Source: an uncultured Candidatus Saccharibacteria bacterium
GTDB taxonomy: Bacteria; Patescibacteriota; Minisyncoccia; Minisyncoccales; PWPS01
DNA: 25,692 bases
Assembly (NCBI GenBank): GCA_964425505.1
Contig: CAYRME010000001.1
Coordinates: 1 to 25,692, forward strand
Direction: 5' to 3'
Shown in pieces: positions 14,484-22,830 of the stretch. The notes beneath the pieces were generated by a model. It saw only the letters and a list, made by a program, of their open reading frames with translations. It ran no database searches and was not told the origin of the DNA. The stretch's first letter is position 1. Each line of letters opens with the position of its first letter. The translations under genes were made by a program, and so were the position numbers.

Positions 14484-17400
14484 ATGGAAATAACCGACAA
14501 ACTTGTCGAAAAAGATCTTTTGAACGAGGAAAAGGCCTCTCATGTAAAGGAGAGAGCGGAAGAGGAGGAGCTTGAGGAAGAGGAGGTGATCCTCGAAGAG
14601 AGTCTTGTTCCCGAAGAAGAACTCTTTAAAGTAAAGAGCGAGCTTCTGGGTGTTTCTTTAAGAGGAGATGTGAGTAAAGAGGATATTCCCGGAGAAGTTC
14701 TTGATCTTTTGAATCGGGAGTCAATTGAGCATTTCAAGATGATCCCTATCGGGAAAGAGGAGGACGGTACAGTGAGGATCGGAATGGTTTTTCCGGAGGA
14801 CCTTCGAGCGCAACAAGCACTAAAATTTACTCTCAAAAGAAAAAATATTCCCTATGAAATACATCTCTTGTCTTTGAGTAAGTTCAATGAACTTACCAAA
14901 ACCCTTAAAGAGGGGTCTTCGGAAGAAGAAGCGCAAGAGGAACCTTCTTACGAAGATCTCCAAGAAGAAGATCTTTCCGAAGAAGGAACCTTAGAGAAAC
15001 CGAAAGATAAAGGGGATGAAGATGTGGTAGCTCTTCTCGCGGGAAAAGGTTTTTTAAATGAAGAACAAAAAAAAGAAGTAAAGGAAAAAGCCGAGCGAGA
15101 AGAAAGGAATGAGGAAGAGGTGATACTTGAAGAGGATCTTGTTTCCGAAGAAGACCTCTTCAATGTAAAGAGCGAGGTAGTGGATTTTCCTCTAAAGGAA
15201 GATGTGGAGGTGGAAGCCATACCGGAGGATGTGCTTGACCTTATCCATGAGGACTCTGTTGATCACTACAAAATGATCCCTATCGGAAAAGAAGGGGAGC
15301 AGGTGCAGATAGGAATGGTTCATCCCGAGGATCTGAAGGCTCAGGAAGCACTTCGGTTCATCTCGAGACAAAAGATCTTTTCTTATAAGGTTTATCTTAT
15401 ACCTTTAAGTCTTTTTGAGAGAACAAGAAAGAGATTTCGAGTGATGGGAAAAGATCTTAGTGCTGTCCTTCTCGATGATCTTGTTGAAGGAGGTTTCCTT
15501 GACGAAGAAAAAAAAGAAGAAATTGAAAAAAAGTCTGAAAAGAGCGAGAAACCCAAAGAGGAGGTGATCCTCGAAGAGGAATTCCTTTCCGAGGAGGATC
15601 TCTTCAAGGTAAAGAGCGAGGTAGTGGAGACTCCCTTAAAAGAGGAAGTGAACGAAGAGAATGTTACCGAGGAACTTTTGAAATTGTTCTCGAGAGATGA
15701 GATGAACCACTATCGAATGATCCCTATTGAGAAGAGAGAGGATGGTGTCATTGAGGTTGGAATGGTTTACCCGGAGGATCCCGGAGCTGTGGAGGCGCTG
15801 GATTTTCTTTCAAGACAAGGAAATTTTGAATACGAGATCCGCCTCATCACTTTGAGCGATTTCAAAAAAGCGGCCAAGAAAGTAAAGAAGGTAACCAAGG
15901 AGGCGGGATCTCTTCTTACGGAGAAATTGGTGGAGAAGGAGTTTATTGATGATGAAGAGGCCAATTCCATAGATTCTCGAGCGGAAAGCGGAGAAAAAAG
16001 TAGAGAAGAACTCATCTTGGACCAAAAACTTGTTTCCGAAGAGGATCTTTTCAAAGTGAAAAGTGAAGTTACGGGGGTGCCTTTCAAGGATGATGTTGAT
16101 GTAAAGGGAATTCCGGAGAATATCTTAAGGGTTATTCCCGAAGATTCGGCGAATTATTACAGGATGGCCCCTATTGGAAAAGAAGATGATGCGATCCAGG
16201 TGGGAATGATCCATCCGGAGGACCTTCGGGCCAAGGAAGCTCTCAGATTCCTTGCAAGAAGAGATGATTTCTCTTATAAGATCTATCTTATTTCGCTAAG
16301 CACTTTTGAAGAGATAAGCAAGCAATATCGTACTCTTTCCGAAGAGGTGGGTAAGGCCTTGGAGGATCTTGATACGGAGCTTGAAGAAACGGAAGAAGAA
16401 GAGGTTACGGAAGAAGAGGATATCGGAAAACTTGCCGAAGAGGCTCCCATTGTAAAGGTGGTGGGAGTTATATTAAGGAATGCCGTGGAAGGAAGTGCAT
16501 CCGATATTCATATTGAGCCTACGAGAGACAAATTAAAGGTTAGGTTCCGTGTGGACGGAGAGCTTCATTCCTCTTTATTCCTTCCAGGCGGTACCCATCT
16601 TGCGGCGATCGCCAGGATAAAGATTCTTGCGGGATTAAAGATCGATGAACAGCGGCTCCCGCAGGACGGGAGATTTTCAAGTAAAATAGGTGATAAGACC
16701 GTGGATTTTCGTGTTGCAACTCTTCCCACAACCCTGGGAGAGAAGGCGGTGATAAGAGTTCTTGATCCTACGCAAGGATTAAAAACCGTAGAGGAGCTCG
16801 GGGTGAGCGGAAAGAATTACCAGGTTTTAAATAGCGCCATGAAGAAGCCCACGGGAATGCTTCTTGTTACCGGTCCCACCGGTTCGGGTAAGACCACCAC
16901 TCTCTATTCTGCAATGAGGATATTGAACGAGGACAGGGTCAATATCGTAACCTTGGAAGATCCGGTGGAATATTTCATAGATGGAGTTAATCAATCCCAA
17001 GTGAACCCGGATATAGGGTATGTCTTCTCTTCCGGATTGAGACAGATCCTGCGTCAGGACCCGGACATCATAATGGTTGGTGAGATTCGTGATGAAGAGA
17101 CGGCGGACCTTGCCGTGCACGCCGCTCTTACCGGTCATATCGTACTTTCCACTTTGCACACCAATGATGCCACCGGAGTGGTTCATCGTCTCATTGACAT
17201 GGGAATAAAACCTTTTCTTATACCTCCTTCCCTGAATACTTCCATGGCGCAAAGACTTGTAAAGAGGCTTTGTGATAAATGCAAGGAAGAAGTTGAGCCA
17301 AGCGATGAGATAAAGGCCATGATAGGTGAAGAACTCGAAAAATTACCAAAAGAGGCCCTGCAGGGAGTAGATCCTTCTTCCTTTAAAGTCTATAAAGCGA

Positions 17401-17633
17401 ACGGTTGTAAGCATTGCTCCGAAGAAGGCTTCGAGGGAAGGATCGGCATCTTTGAGTTATTCAAGATGACGGAGGATATCGGAGAAGTTGTAATGAGGAA
17501 CCCCACGGAAAAGGAGTTGAAGGCAGAGGTGAAAAAGCAAGGAATGGTGGACCTCAAAAAGGACGGTTTTTTGAAGGTGATTCAGGGATACACCACTATA
17601 GAGGAGGTATTGCGTGCAACGGAAGAAAAGTAG
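14484..17633 (+). CDS. pilB: Type IV pilus extension ATPase PilB/GspE with four tandem N-terminal modules
   Basis: ASDIHIEP, RLPQDGRF, Walker A GPTGSGKT, LRQDPDIIMVGEIRD, His box LSTLHTND, CDKC/CKHC zinc motif; about 620 aa N-terminal repeat region. ATG at 14484 preferred over TTG at 14472. Confidence 0.93.
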   Translation: MEITDKLVEKDLLNEEKASHVKERAEEEELEEEEVILEESLVPEEELFKVKSELLGVSLRGDVSKEDIPGEVLDLLNRESIEHFKMIPIGKEEDGTVRIGMVFPEDLRAQQALKFTLKRKNIPYEIHLLSLSKFNELTKTLKEGSSEEEAQEEPSYEDLQEEDLSEEGTLEKPKDKGDEDVVALLAGKGFLNEEQKKEVKEKAEREERNEEEVILEEDLVSEEDLFNVKSEVVDFPLKEDVEVEAIPEDVLDLIHEDSVDHYKMIPIGKEGEQVQIGMVHPEDLKAQEALRFISRQKIFSYKVYLIPLSLFERTRKRFRVMGKDLSAVLLDDLVEGGFLDEEKKEEIEKKSEKSEKPKEEVILEEEFLSEEDLFKVKSEVVETPLKEEVNEENVTEELLKLFSRDEMNHYRMIPIEKREDGVIEVGMVYPEDPGAVEALDFLSRQGNFEYEIRLITLSDFKKAAKKVKKVTKEAGSLLTEKLVEKEFIDDEEANSIDSRAESGEKSREELILDQKLVSEEDLFKVKSEVTGVPFKDDVDVKGIPENILRVIPEDSANYYRMAPIGKEDDAIQVGMIHPEDLRAKEALRFLARRDDFSYKIYLISLSTFEEISKQYRTLSEEVGKALEDLDTELEETEEEEVTEEEDIGKLAEEAPIVKVVGVILRNAVEGSASDIHIEPTRDKLKVRFRVDGELHSSLFLPGGTHLAAIARIKILAGLKIDEQRLPQDGRFSSKIGDKTVDFRVATLPTTLGEKAVIRVLDPTQGLKTVEELGVSGKNYQVLNSAMKKPTGMLLVTGPTGSGKTTTLYSAMRILNEDRVNIVTLEDPVEYFIDGVNQSQVNPDIGYVFSSGLRQILRQDPDIIMVGEIRDEETADLAVHAALTGHIVLSTLHTNDATGVVHRLIDMGIKPFLIPPSLNTSMAQRLVKRLCDKCKEEVEPSDEIKAMIGEELEKLPKEALQGVDPSSFKVYKANGCKHCSEEGFEGRIGIFELFKMTEDIGEVVMRNPTEKELKAEVKKQGMVDLKKDGFLKVIQGYTTIEEVLRATEEK

Positions 17634-17662
17634 TACAATAAAAGAATAACTAATATTACAAA

Positions 17663-18742
17663 ATGGAAGAGGAAAAAAAAGACTACAAGTCGCTTCTTGA
17701 AGATCTGATGCAAATAGCTGTTGAGGAAGGGGCTTCCGATCTTCACATATCGGTGGGGCATCCTCCCATTATCAGGGTGGATGGTAAGCTCATTGCGTTA
17801 AAGAAGAAAGAGGTCGTCACTTCTCACGACGCAAGGGAGCTTGCTATGACGATGATGAGCAAGGATCAAAGGGATAAGTTCGTGAGCAACTACGAGGTGG
17901 ATTTCTCTTACAATTACAAGGACGTGGCCCGTTTCAGGGTCAATATATTCTTCCAGAGAGGAGAGATCTCCTGTGCGATGAGACTCATTCCGAGTAAAGT
18001 AAAGAGCCTGGAGGAGATAAACATGCCCACTTCTCTTTATGATTTCTGTGGGAACTCTCAAGGGTTCGTCATAGTTACCGGTCCTACGGGTCATGGTAAA
18101 TCCACAACTTTGGCGGCGCTCATAGACAAGATAAATCAAGATAAGTTCAGTCATATCATAACCATTGAGGACCCCATCGAGTATGTCTTTGAAGAAGAGA
18201 GGTCTCTTATCGATCAAAGAGAGATACAACAGGACGCTCTCTCCTTTCCCAGAGCGTTAAAATCGGTCTTCAGGCAAGACCCGGACGTGATAATGGTGGG
18301 AGAGATGAGGGATCCCATTACCATATCGACTGCTATTACCGCCGCCGAGACGGGACACCTAGTCTTTTCCACGTTACACACCAACTCGGCCAGTCAAACC
18401 ATTCATCGTATTATTGACTCTTTCCCTCCGGAGCAGCAAGCACAGATAAGAGCGCAACTCTCGGCGGCGCTTCTCGGTGTTGTTTCTCAGAGGATCATTC
18501 CGGCAAAGAGGGGCGGGGTAATGCCGGCCTATGAGATAATGGCGGCGACTCCTGCAGTGGGGAATCTCATAAGAGAGAACAAGGTACATGAGATAGACCT
18601 TGTTATAGAGACTTCGAGCAAAGAGGGAATGATAAGTTTGAATCGTTCTCTCGCCGATCTTGTAAGACAAGGCGAGATATCCAAAGAAGATGCACTATCC
18701 TTTTCCAGAAACCCCTCGGAACTAAAAAGAAAGCTTACTTAA
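17663..18742 (+). CDS. pilT: Type IV pilus retraction ATPase PilT
   Basis: ASDLHISVGHPP, GPTGHGKSTT, TIEDPIE, RQDPDVIMVGEMRD, AAETGHLVFSTLHTNSA, AVGNLIRE (AIRNLIRE-like). Confidence 0.94.
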   Translation: MEEEKKDYKSLLEDLMQIAVEEGASDLHISVGHPPIIRVDGKLIALKKKEVVTSHDARELAMTMMSKDQRDKFVSNYEVDFSYNYKDVARFRVNIFFQRGEISCAMRLIPSKVKSLEEINMPTSLYDFCGNSQGFVIVTGPTGHGKSTTLAALIDKINQDKFSHIITIEDPIEYVFEEERSLIDQREIQQDALSFPRALKSVFRQDPDVIMVGEMRDPITISTAITAAETGHLVFSTLHTNSASQTIHRIIDSFPPEQQAQIRAQLSAALLGVVSQRIIPAKRGGVMPAYEIMAATPAVGNLIRENKVHEIDLVIETSSKEGMISLNRSLADLVRQGEISKEDALSFSRNPSELKRKLT

Positions 18743-18748
18743 AGGGGC

Positions 18749-19957
18749 ATGTTATTTGAATACAAAGCAAGAGATAAGGACGGCAACATTCAAGAAGGAG
18801 AGGTGGAGGCTTCCTCAAAGGAGGCCGCTTCTTTGGTAGTGGAGAGTTACGGATTATATATAGTCTCTCTGCAAAAGAAGAAGATACCTTTTTACAAAAA
18901 GGAGCTTCCTCCCATATTTGAAAGAGTTTCGGGAAAGGATATCGTAATGATCTCGAGGCAACTCGCGGTAATGGCGGAATCCAAGATCCCTATCGTGGAA
19001 GCTTTGCAGACTCTTTCCAGGCAACTTGAAAAAAAATCCTTGAGAGAAAAGATACTTGCGGTTGCGGACAAGGTGGAAGGAGGAATGCCGCTCTCGAAGG
19101 CGCTTTCTCAGTACCCGGAAGTGTTCTCGGAATTTTATGTGAACATGGTGAAATCCGGAGAGGCCTCCGGTAAACTCTCGGAGGCATTGAGATACTTGGC
19201 GGACCACATAGAGAAGGAATATAAGTTCCAACAGAAGATAAGGGGAGCGATGTTCTACCCTGTTTTTATTCTCATCGTTTTTGTGGGAATAATGATCTTC
19301 CTTTTTGTGGGAATAATGCCGGAACTTACGGATATACTTCTTGATGCGGGAGAGGAGATTCCCGCCATTACTCAGCTTGTAATAGGTATCTCGGATTTCA
19401 TGGTGGAAAGGGGGTGGATATTGGCTGTGGCGGCTTATTCCATAACGGTCTTTGCCATTAAGTTCTTCACTACCTCTCAAGGAAGGGAGATGTTCGATAA
19501 GTTCGTTCTGAAGGCTCCTGTGTTCCGGGATTTCTTCAAAAAAACTTATATCATCAGGTTTGCCGAGAGTTTCTCCACTCTCATAGCCGCGGGAGTTCCC
19601 ATAGTAAAATCTCTGGAAATAAGTGGCGAGATCGTTCAGAACACTGTCTACAAGAACGCCATTTTTCAGATTGCCGAGAATGTGGAGAAAGGGAGGCAAG
19701 TAAGTGAGTCAATGAAGAAATATCCGGATCTTTTCCCCGCCATGCTCATTCAAATGTCCTTGGTTGGAGAGAGAAGTGGTAGGTTGGGACCTTCTCTCAT
19801 GAATGTGGTTGATTTCTTGCAAGACGAACTTCAAAGAACCCTTGACAAGTACATAAGCATGATCGAGCCGGCCTTGATAATAAGTTTAGGGGTCTTGGTG
19901 GGAGGACTTGTCGCTTCCGTGCTCATTCCCATCTACAATGTGAGCATGTCGATATAG
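18749..19957 (+). CDS. pilC: Type IV pilus platform protein PilC (GspF family)
   Basis: Two GspF repeats (GEASGKLSEAL, GERSGRLGPSL), AMFYPVFIL and MIEPALII TM entries. Confidence 0.93.
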   Translation: MLFEYKARDKDGNIQEGEVEASSKEAASLVVESYGLYIVSLQKKKIPFYKKELPPIFERVSGKDIVMISRQLAVMAESKIPIVEALQTLSRQLEKKSLREKILAVADKVEGGMPLSKALSQYPEVFSEFYVNMVKSGEASGKLSEALRYLADHIEKEYKFQQKIRGAMFYPVFILIVFVGIMIFLFVGIMPELTDILLDAGEEIPAITQLVIGISDFMVERGWILAVAAYSITVFAIKFFTTSQGREMFDKFVLKAPVFRDFFKKTYIIRFAESFSTLIAAGVPIVKSLEISGEIVQNTVYKNAIFQIAENVEKGRQVSESMKKYPDLFPAMLIQMSLVGERSGRLGPSLMNVVDFLQDELQRTLDKYISMIEPALIISLGVLVGGLVASVLIPIYNVSMSI

Positions 19958-19975
19958 CCCACTCTCACCGTCGCC

Positions 19976-20005
19976 GACCATGACGATGACAATGACGATG
20001 ACAAT
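19976..20005 (+). repeat. Five tandem GACNAT hexamers
   Basis: gaccat-gacgat-gacaat-gacgat-gacaat. Confidence 0.85.
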
Positions 20006-20118
20006 AAAAACTCAAAATTCAAAAATCCTGAAAAAATAGAAAATAGTTTTCCATACCATTCTCTATTTTCTATATCACTGTTTTCCCTTTTCTATATATC
20101 TTTTTGAATTTTTCTCTT

Positions 20119-20169
20119 TCATTACAAATCGTTCACTTCGTTCACTGTGATCGATTCGCGATTAAGTGA
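20119..20169 (-). repeat. Repeat module D, inverted diverged copy
   Basis: 45/51 identical to the reverse complement of 7468-7518. Confidence 0.85.
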
Positions 20170-20206
20170 TATTTGACTTTTGCATTTTGAGTTTTGGATT
20201 TCATCA

Positions 20207-20234
20207 TTGACACTCTTCGGGTGATTGCTAGAAT
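20207..20234 (+). promoter_or_regulatory. Strong sigma70-type promoter for pilin 1
   Basis: TTGACA-16 nt-TAGAAT with extended -10 TGn. Confidence 0.72.
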
Positions 20235-20290
20235 GCAAGGCAAGGAGTTATGCATAAAAGGTCGTTTAAGCAAAGTTTAAAATAAAAAGT

Positions 20291-20701
20291 ATGTTACAAA
20301 AGATAAAGAAAGGCGGTTTCACCCTCATTGAGCTACTTGTCGTTATCGCCATCATCGCTATTCTCGCTACACTCGTTCTCGTAGCATTAGAAGGAGCTCA
20401 AGATCAGGCGGAGGATGCCGATAAACAGGGAGCGATATCTCAAATCAGATCCTTGGCGCAATTGGAGTATTCGGAAGAAGGAAATTATTCCGGCATTGAG
20501 GATCGTGATGAGTTTCCCGAAGACGAAATACACGGTGATGAGGTCCAGGTACTTGTAGATGATACCGACTCCGACTATTTCGTGGCTTATATAGAGAACT
20601 CCGAAGGCAATTATTTCTGTACGGATGATAGTCTGGATGTAGGTGAGGTTGATAATGCACCTGACGATGGAGCCGAAGAATGCCCCACTTTCATGGACTA
20701 A
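20291..20701 (+). CDS. Type IV prepilin 1 (probable major pilin)
   Basis: Basic leader, G|[17 protein letters not shown] cleavage/methylation motif with Glu5, C-terminal Cys pair. Confidence 0.93.
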   Translation: MLQKIKKGGFTLIELLVVIAIIAILATLVLVALEGAQDQAEDADKQGAISQIRSLAQLEYSEEGNYSGIEDRDEFPEDEIHGDEVQVLVDDTDSDYFVAYIENSEGNYFCTDDSLDVGEVDNAPDDGAEECPTFMD

Positions 20702-20724
20702 AAGCAAGCGACCAAAGTGATCAC

Positions 20725-20764
20725 AAAAAGAGCGGCTCTTTTATTTGAGGGGCCGCTCTTTCTC
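20725..20764 (+). terminator. Intrinsic terminator after pilin 1 (second copy at 21287-21326)
   Basis: aaagagcggctctt...ggggccgctcttt stem with G-U pairs and a T-rich tail. Confidence 0.75.
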
Positions 20765-20792
20765 TTGATGGAAAAGTAAAACTTGTTATACT
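20765..20792 (+). promoter_or_regulatory. Promoter for pilin 2 (second copy at 21327-21354 for pilin 3)
   Basis: TTGATG-16 nt-TATACT with extended -10 TGn, directly after the terminator. Confidence 0.62.
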
Positions 20793-20852
20793 AGAGAAAG
20801 TAAGAATAAGGTCAAAGAATACAAAGGTCGTATAAAATAAAACAAGAAGTAT

Positions 20853-21263
20853 ATGTTACAAAAAATAAAGAAAGGCGGTTTCACCCTCATTGAGCTACTT
20901 GTCGTTATCGCCATCATCGCTATTCTCGCTACACTCGTTCTCGTAGCATTAGAAGGAGCTCAAGATCAGGCGGAGGATGCCGATAAACAGGGAGCGATAT
21001 CTCAAATCAGATCCTTGGCGCAATTGGAGTATTCGGAAGAAGGAAATTATTCCGGCATTGAGGATCGTGATGAGTTTCCCGAAGACGAAATACACGGTGA
21101 TGAGGTCCAGGTACTTGTAGATGATACCGACTCCGACTATTTCGTGGCTTATATAGAGAACTCCGAAGGCAATTATTTCTGTACGGATGATAGTCTGGAT
21201 GTAGGTGAGGTTGATAATGCACCTGACGATGGAGCCGAAGAATGCCCCACTTTCATGGACTAA
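20853..21263 (+). CDS. Type IV prepilin 2, protein identical to prepilin 1
   Basis: Identical translation. Confidence 0.93.
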   Translation: MLQKIKKGGFTLIELLVVIAIIAILATLVLVALEGAQDQAEDADKQGAISQIRSLAQLEYSEEGNYSGIEDRDEFPEDEIHGDEVQVLVDDTDSDYFVAYIENSEGNYFCTDDSLDVGEVDNAPDDGAEECPTFMD

Positions 21264-21415
21264 AAGCAAGCGACCAAAGTGATCACAAAAAGAGCGGCTC
21301 TTTTATTTGAGGGGCCGCTCTTTCTCTTGATGGAAAAGTAAAACTTGTTATACTAGAGAAAGTAAGAATAAGGTCAAAGAATACAAAGGTCGTATAAGCT
21401 TTAAAAAAGAAACAT

Positions 21416-21844
21416 ATGTTACAAAAGATAAAGAAAGGCGGTTTCACCCTTATCGAGCTACTTGTGGTGATCGCCATCATCGCTATTCTTGCTACACTCG
21501 TTCTCGTAGCCCTCGAGGGAGCACAAGATCAGGCAAGAGACGCTGACAGACAAGGGGCAATAGCTCAAGTAAGAACCCTTGCTGAACTTGAAGCGGTACA
21601 ACATGAAGAAGGGCATTATGATGATCTTGCAGGTGCGGTAGGTGAGGAAGTTACCGATGAAGAAGGAGAAGTAAGAGGTAGCGAGCTTCACGTGGAAGGA
21701 AGTGGAGAGAATTTCATTGCTTTCATAGAGAATTCCGAAGGCGACTATTTCTGCACGGATGAGACTTACAGCGTAGAAGATGTTGACTCGGAAGACCTTG
21801 ACCCGACTAACTTTGGTGCCGATGACAATTGTGTAGTAGAATAG
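21416..21844 (+). CDS. Type IV prepilin 3
   Basis: Same first 40 aa as prepilin 1, divergent head, [12 protein letters not shown] motif. Confidence 0.92.
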   Translation: MLQKIKKGGFTLIELLVVIAIIAILATLVLVALEGAQDQARDADRQGAIAQVRTLAELEAVQHEEGHYDDLAGAVGEEVTDEEGEVRGSELHVEGSGENFIAFIENSEGDYFCTDETYSVEDVDSEDLDPTNFGADDNCVVE

Positions 21845-21863
21845 TTAAAATTCAAAGAAAGAG

Positions 21864-21893
21864 ACAAAAGCTCCCCTTCGGGGGAGTTTTTGT
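21864..21893 (+). terminator. Intrinsic terminator with cUUCGg tetraloop
   Basis: acaaaagctcccc-ttcg-ggggagtttttgt. Confidence 0.85.
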
Positions 21894-21922
21894 TTATTTT
21901 CAAAATATTCTATAATAAAGCA

Positions 21923-22330
21923 ATGACCAACAAGAATGGTTTTACATTAATTGAGTTACTTGTTGTTATCGCCATTATTGCTATTTTGGCTACACTCGTT
22001 CTTGTTGCGCTTGGCGGAGCGGGAGATCTGGCGGAAGATACCGACAGAAAAAGGGCCGTGTCGCAAATAAGATCCCTTTCGGAGATCTATTATACCGCGG
22101 ATGGGCATTATGAGAATTTGGAGGATGCCGAAGAGCTTGAAGAGGTGTTCGATAAATACGGAAAGGGAGATGAAGAAGAAGATCTTCTTGTCTTGGAAAC
22201 GGAAGAAGAAAGGTATTGTGCCGAAATAGAACTCACGGGCGATGATTATTTTTGTATTGATCATACTCTGAGGGAGAGAGAGGATCACACGGAGAGAGTT
22301 TGCAGTGAAGAGAATGTTGATTGTGACTAA
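21923..22330 (+). CDS. Type IV prepilin 4
   Basis: MTNKNG|FTLIELL, four Cys in the head; ATG at 21923 preferred over the ORF-track start at 21890, which lies in the terminator. Confidence 0.9.
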   Translation: MTNKNGFTLIELLVVIAIIAILATLVLVALGGAGDLAEDTDRKRAVSQIRSLSEIYYTADGHYENLEDAEELEEVFDKYGKGDEEEDLLVLETEEERYCAEIELTGDDYFCIDHTLREREDHTERVCSEENVDCD

Positions 22331-22348
22331 GAAAAATCGTTTTATTTT

Positions 22349-22822
22349 ATGAGAAAAATAAAAAAGAAGGACGGCTTTACGTTGCCCCGCAACGTGACCA
22401 CTAAAAGTGGTTTTACGTTGATCGAGCTACTTGTCGTTATCGCCATCATCGCTATCCTTGCCACGCTCGTTCTCGTCGCCCTCGAGGGAGCGCAAGGACA
22501 AGCAAGAGATGCGGACAGAGAGGGCGCTCTCTCACAAGTGAGAAATTATGCTCAGCTTTACTATACAAAAGAGAGAACTTATGATGGGCTTGATGAAGAG
22601 GGTAGCGAATTGCATAACATGGAAGATAGGGATATATTTTCTTCAAGATATTTTGACGAAGAGGTGGTGCCCTTTAGAGTTGAGACTGAAGAAGATGAGT
22701 TTTGTGCCCACATTCATCTTGAAGTTGAGGAAAAATATGTATGTGTGGACAATGATCTGGAGCTCAAAAGAGGTGATACATGTGAGGACCTCACAGAAGG
22801 AGCGAGATGTGTAGAAAATTAA
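22349..22822 (+). CDS. Type IV prepilin 5 with duplicated GFTL leader
   Basis: KKDGFTLPRNVTTKSG|FTLIELL, four Cys. Confidence 0.9.
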   Translation: MRKIKKKDGFTLPRNVTTKSGFTLIELLVVIAIIAILATLVLVALEGAQGQARDADREGALSQVRNYAQLYYTKERTYDGLDEEGSELHNMEDRDIFSSRYFDEEVVPFRVETEEDEFCAHIHLEVEEKYVCVDNDLELKRGDTCEDLTEGARCVEN

Positions 22823-22830
22823 TTGTTTTT

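Larger units (their letters stand above)
20291..21397 (+). repeat. Tandem duplication, period 562 bp (545 bp shared, one synonymous difference)
   Basis: 20291-20835 equals 20853-21397 except G20302/A20864. Confidence 0.95.

Noticed and set aside
20036-20073. 11-bp perfect inverted repeat atagaaaatag/ctattttctat
   Set aside because: AT-rich, 16-nt loop, single occurrence; cannot be distinguished from chance or a weak terminator.
20291-20701. Electrically conductive (e-pilus) pilin
   Set aside because: About 11 aromatic residues in 127 aa and none in the N-terminal helix after Phe1; not supported.
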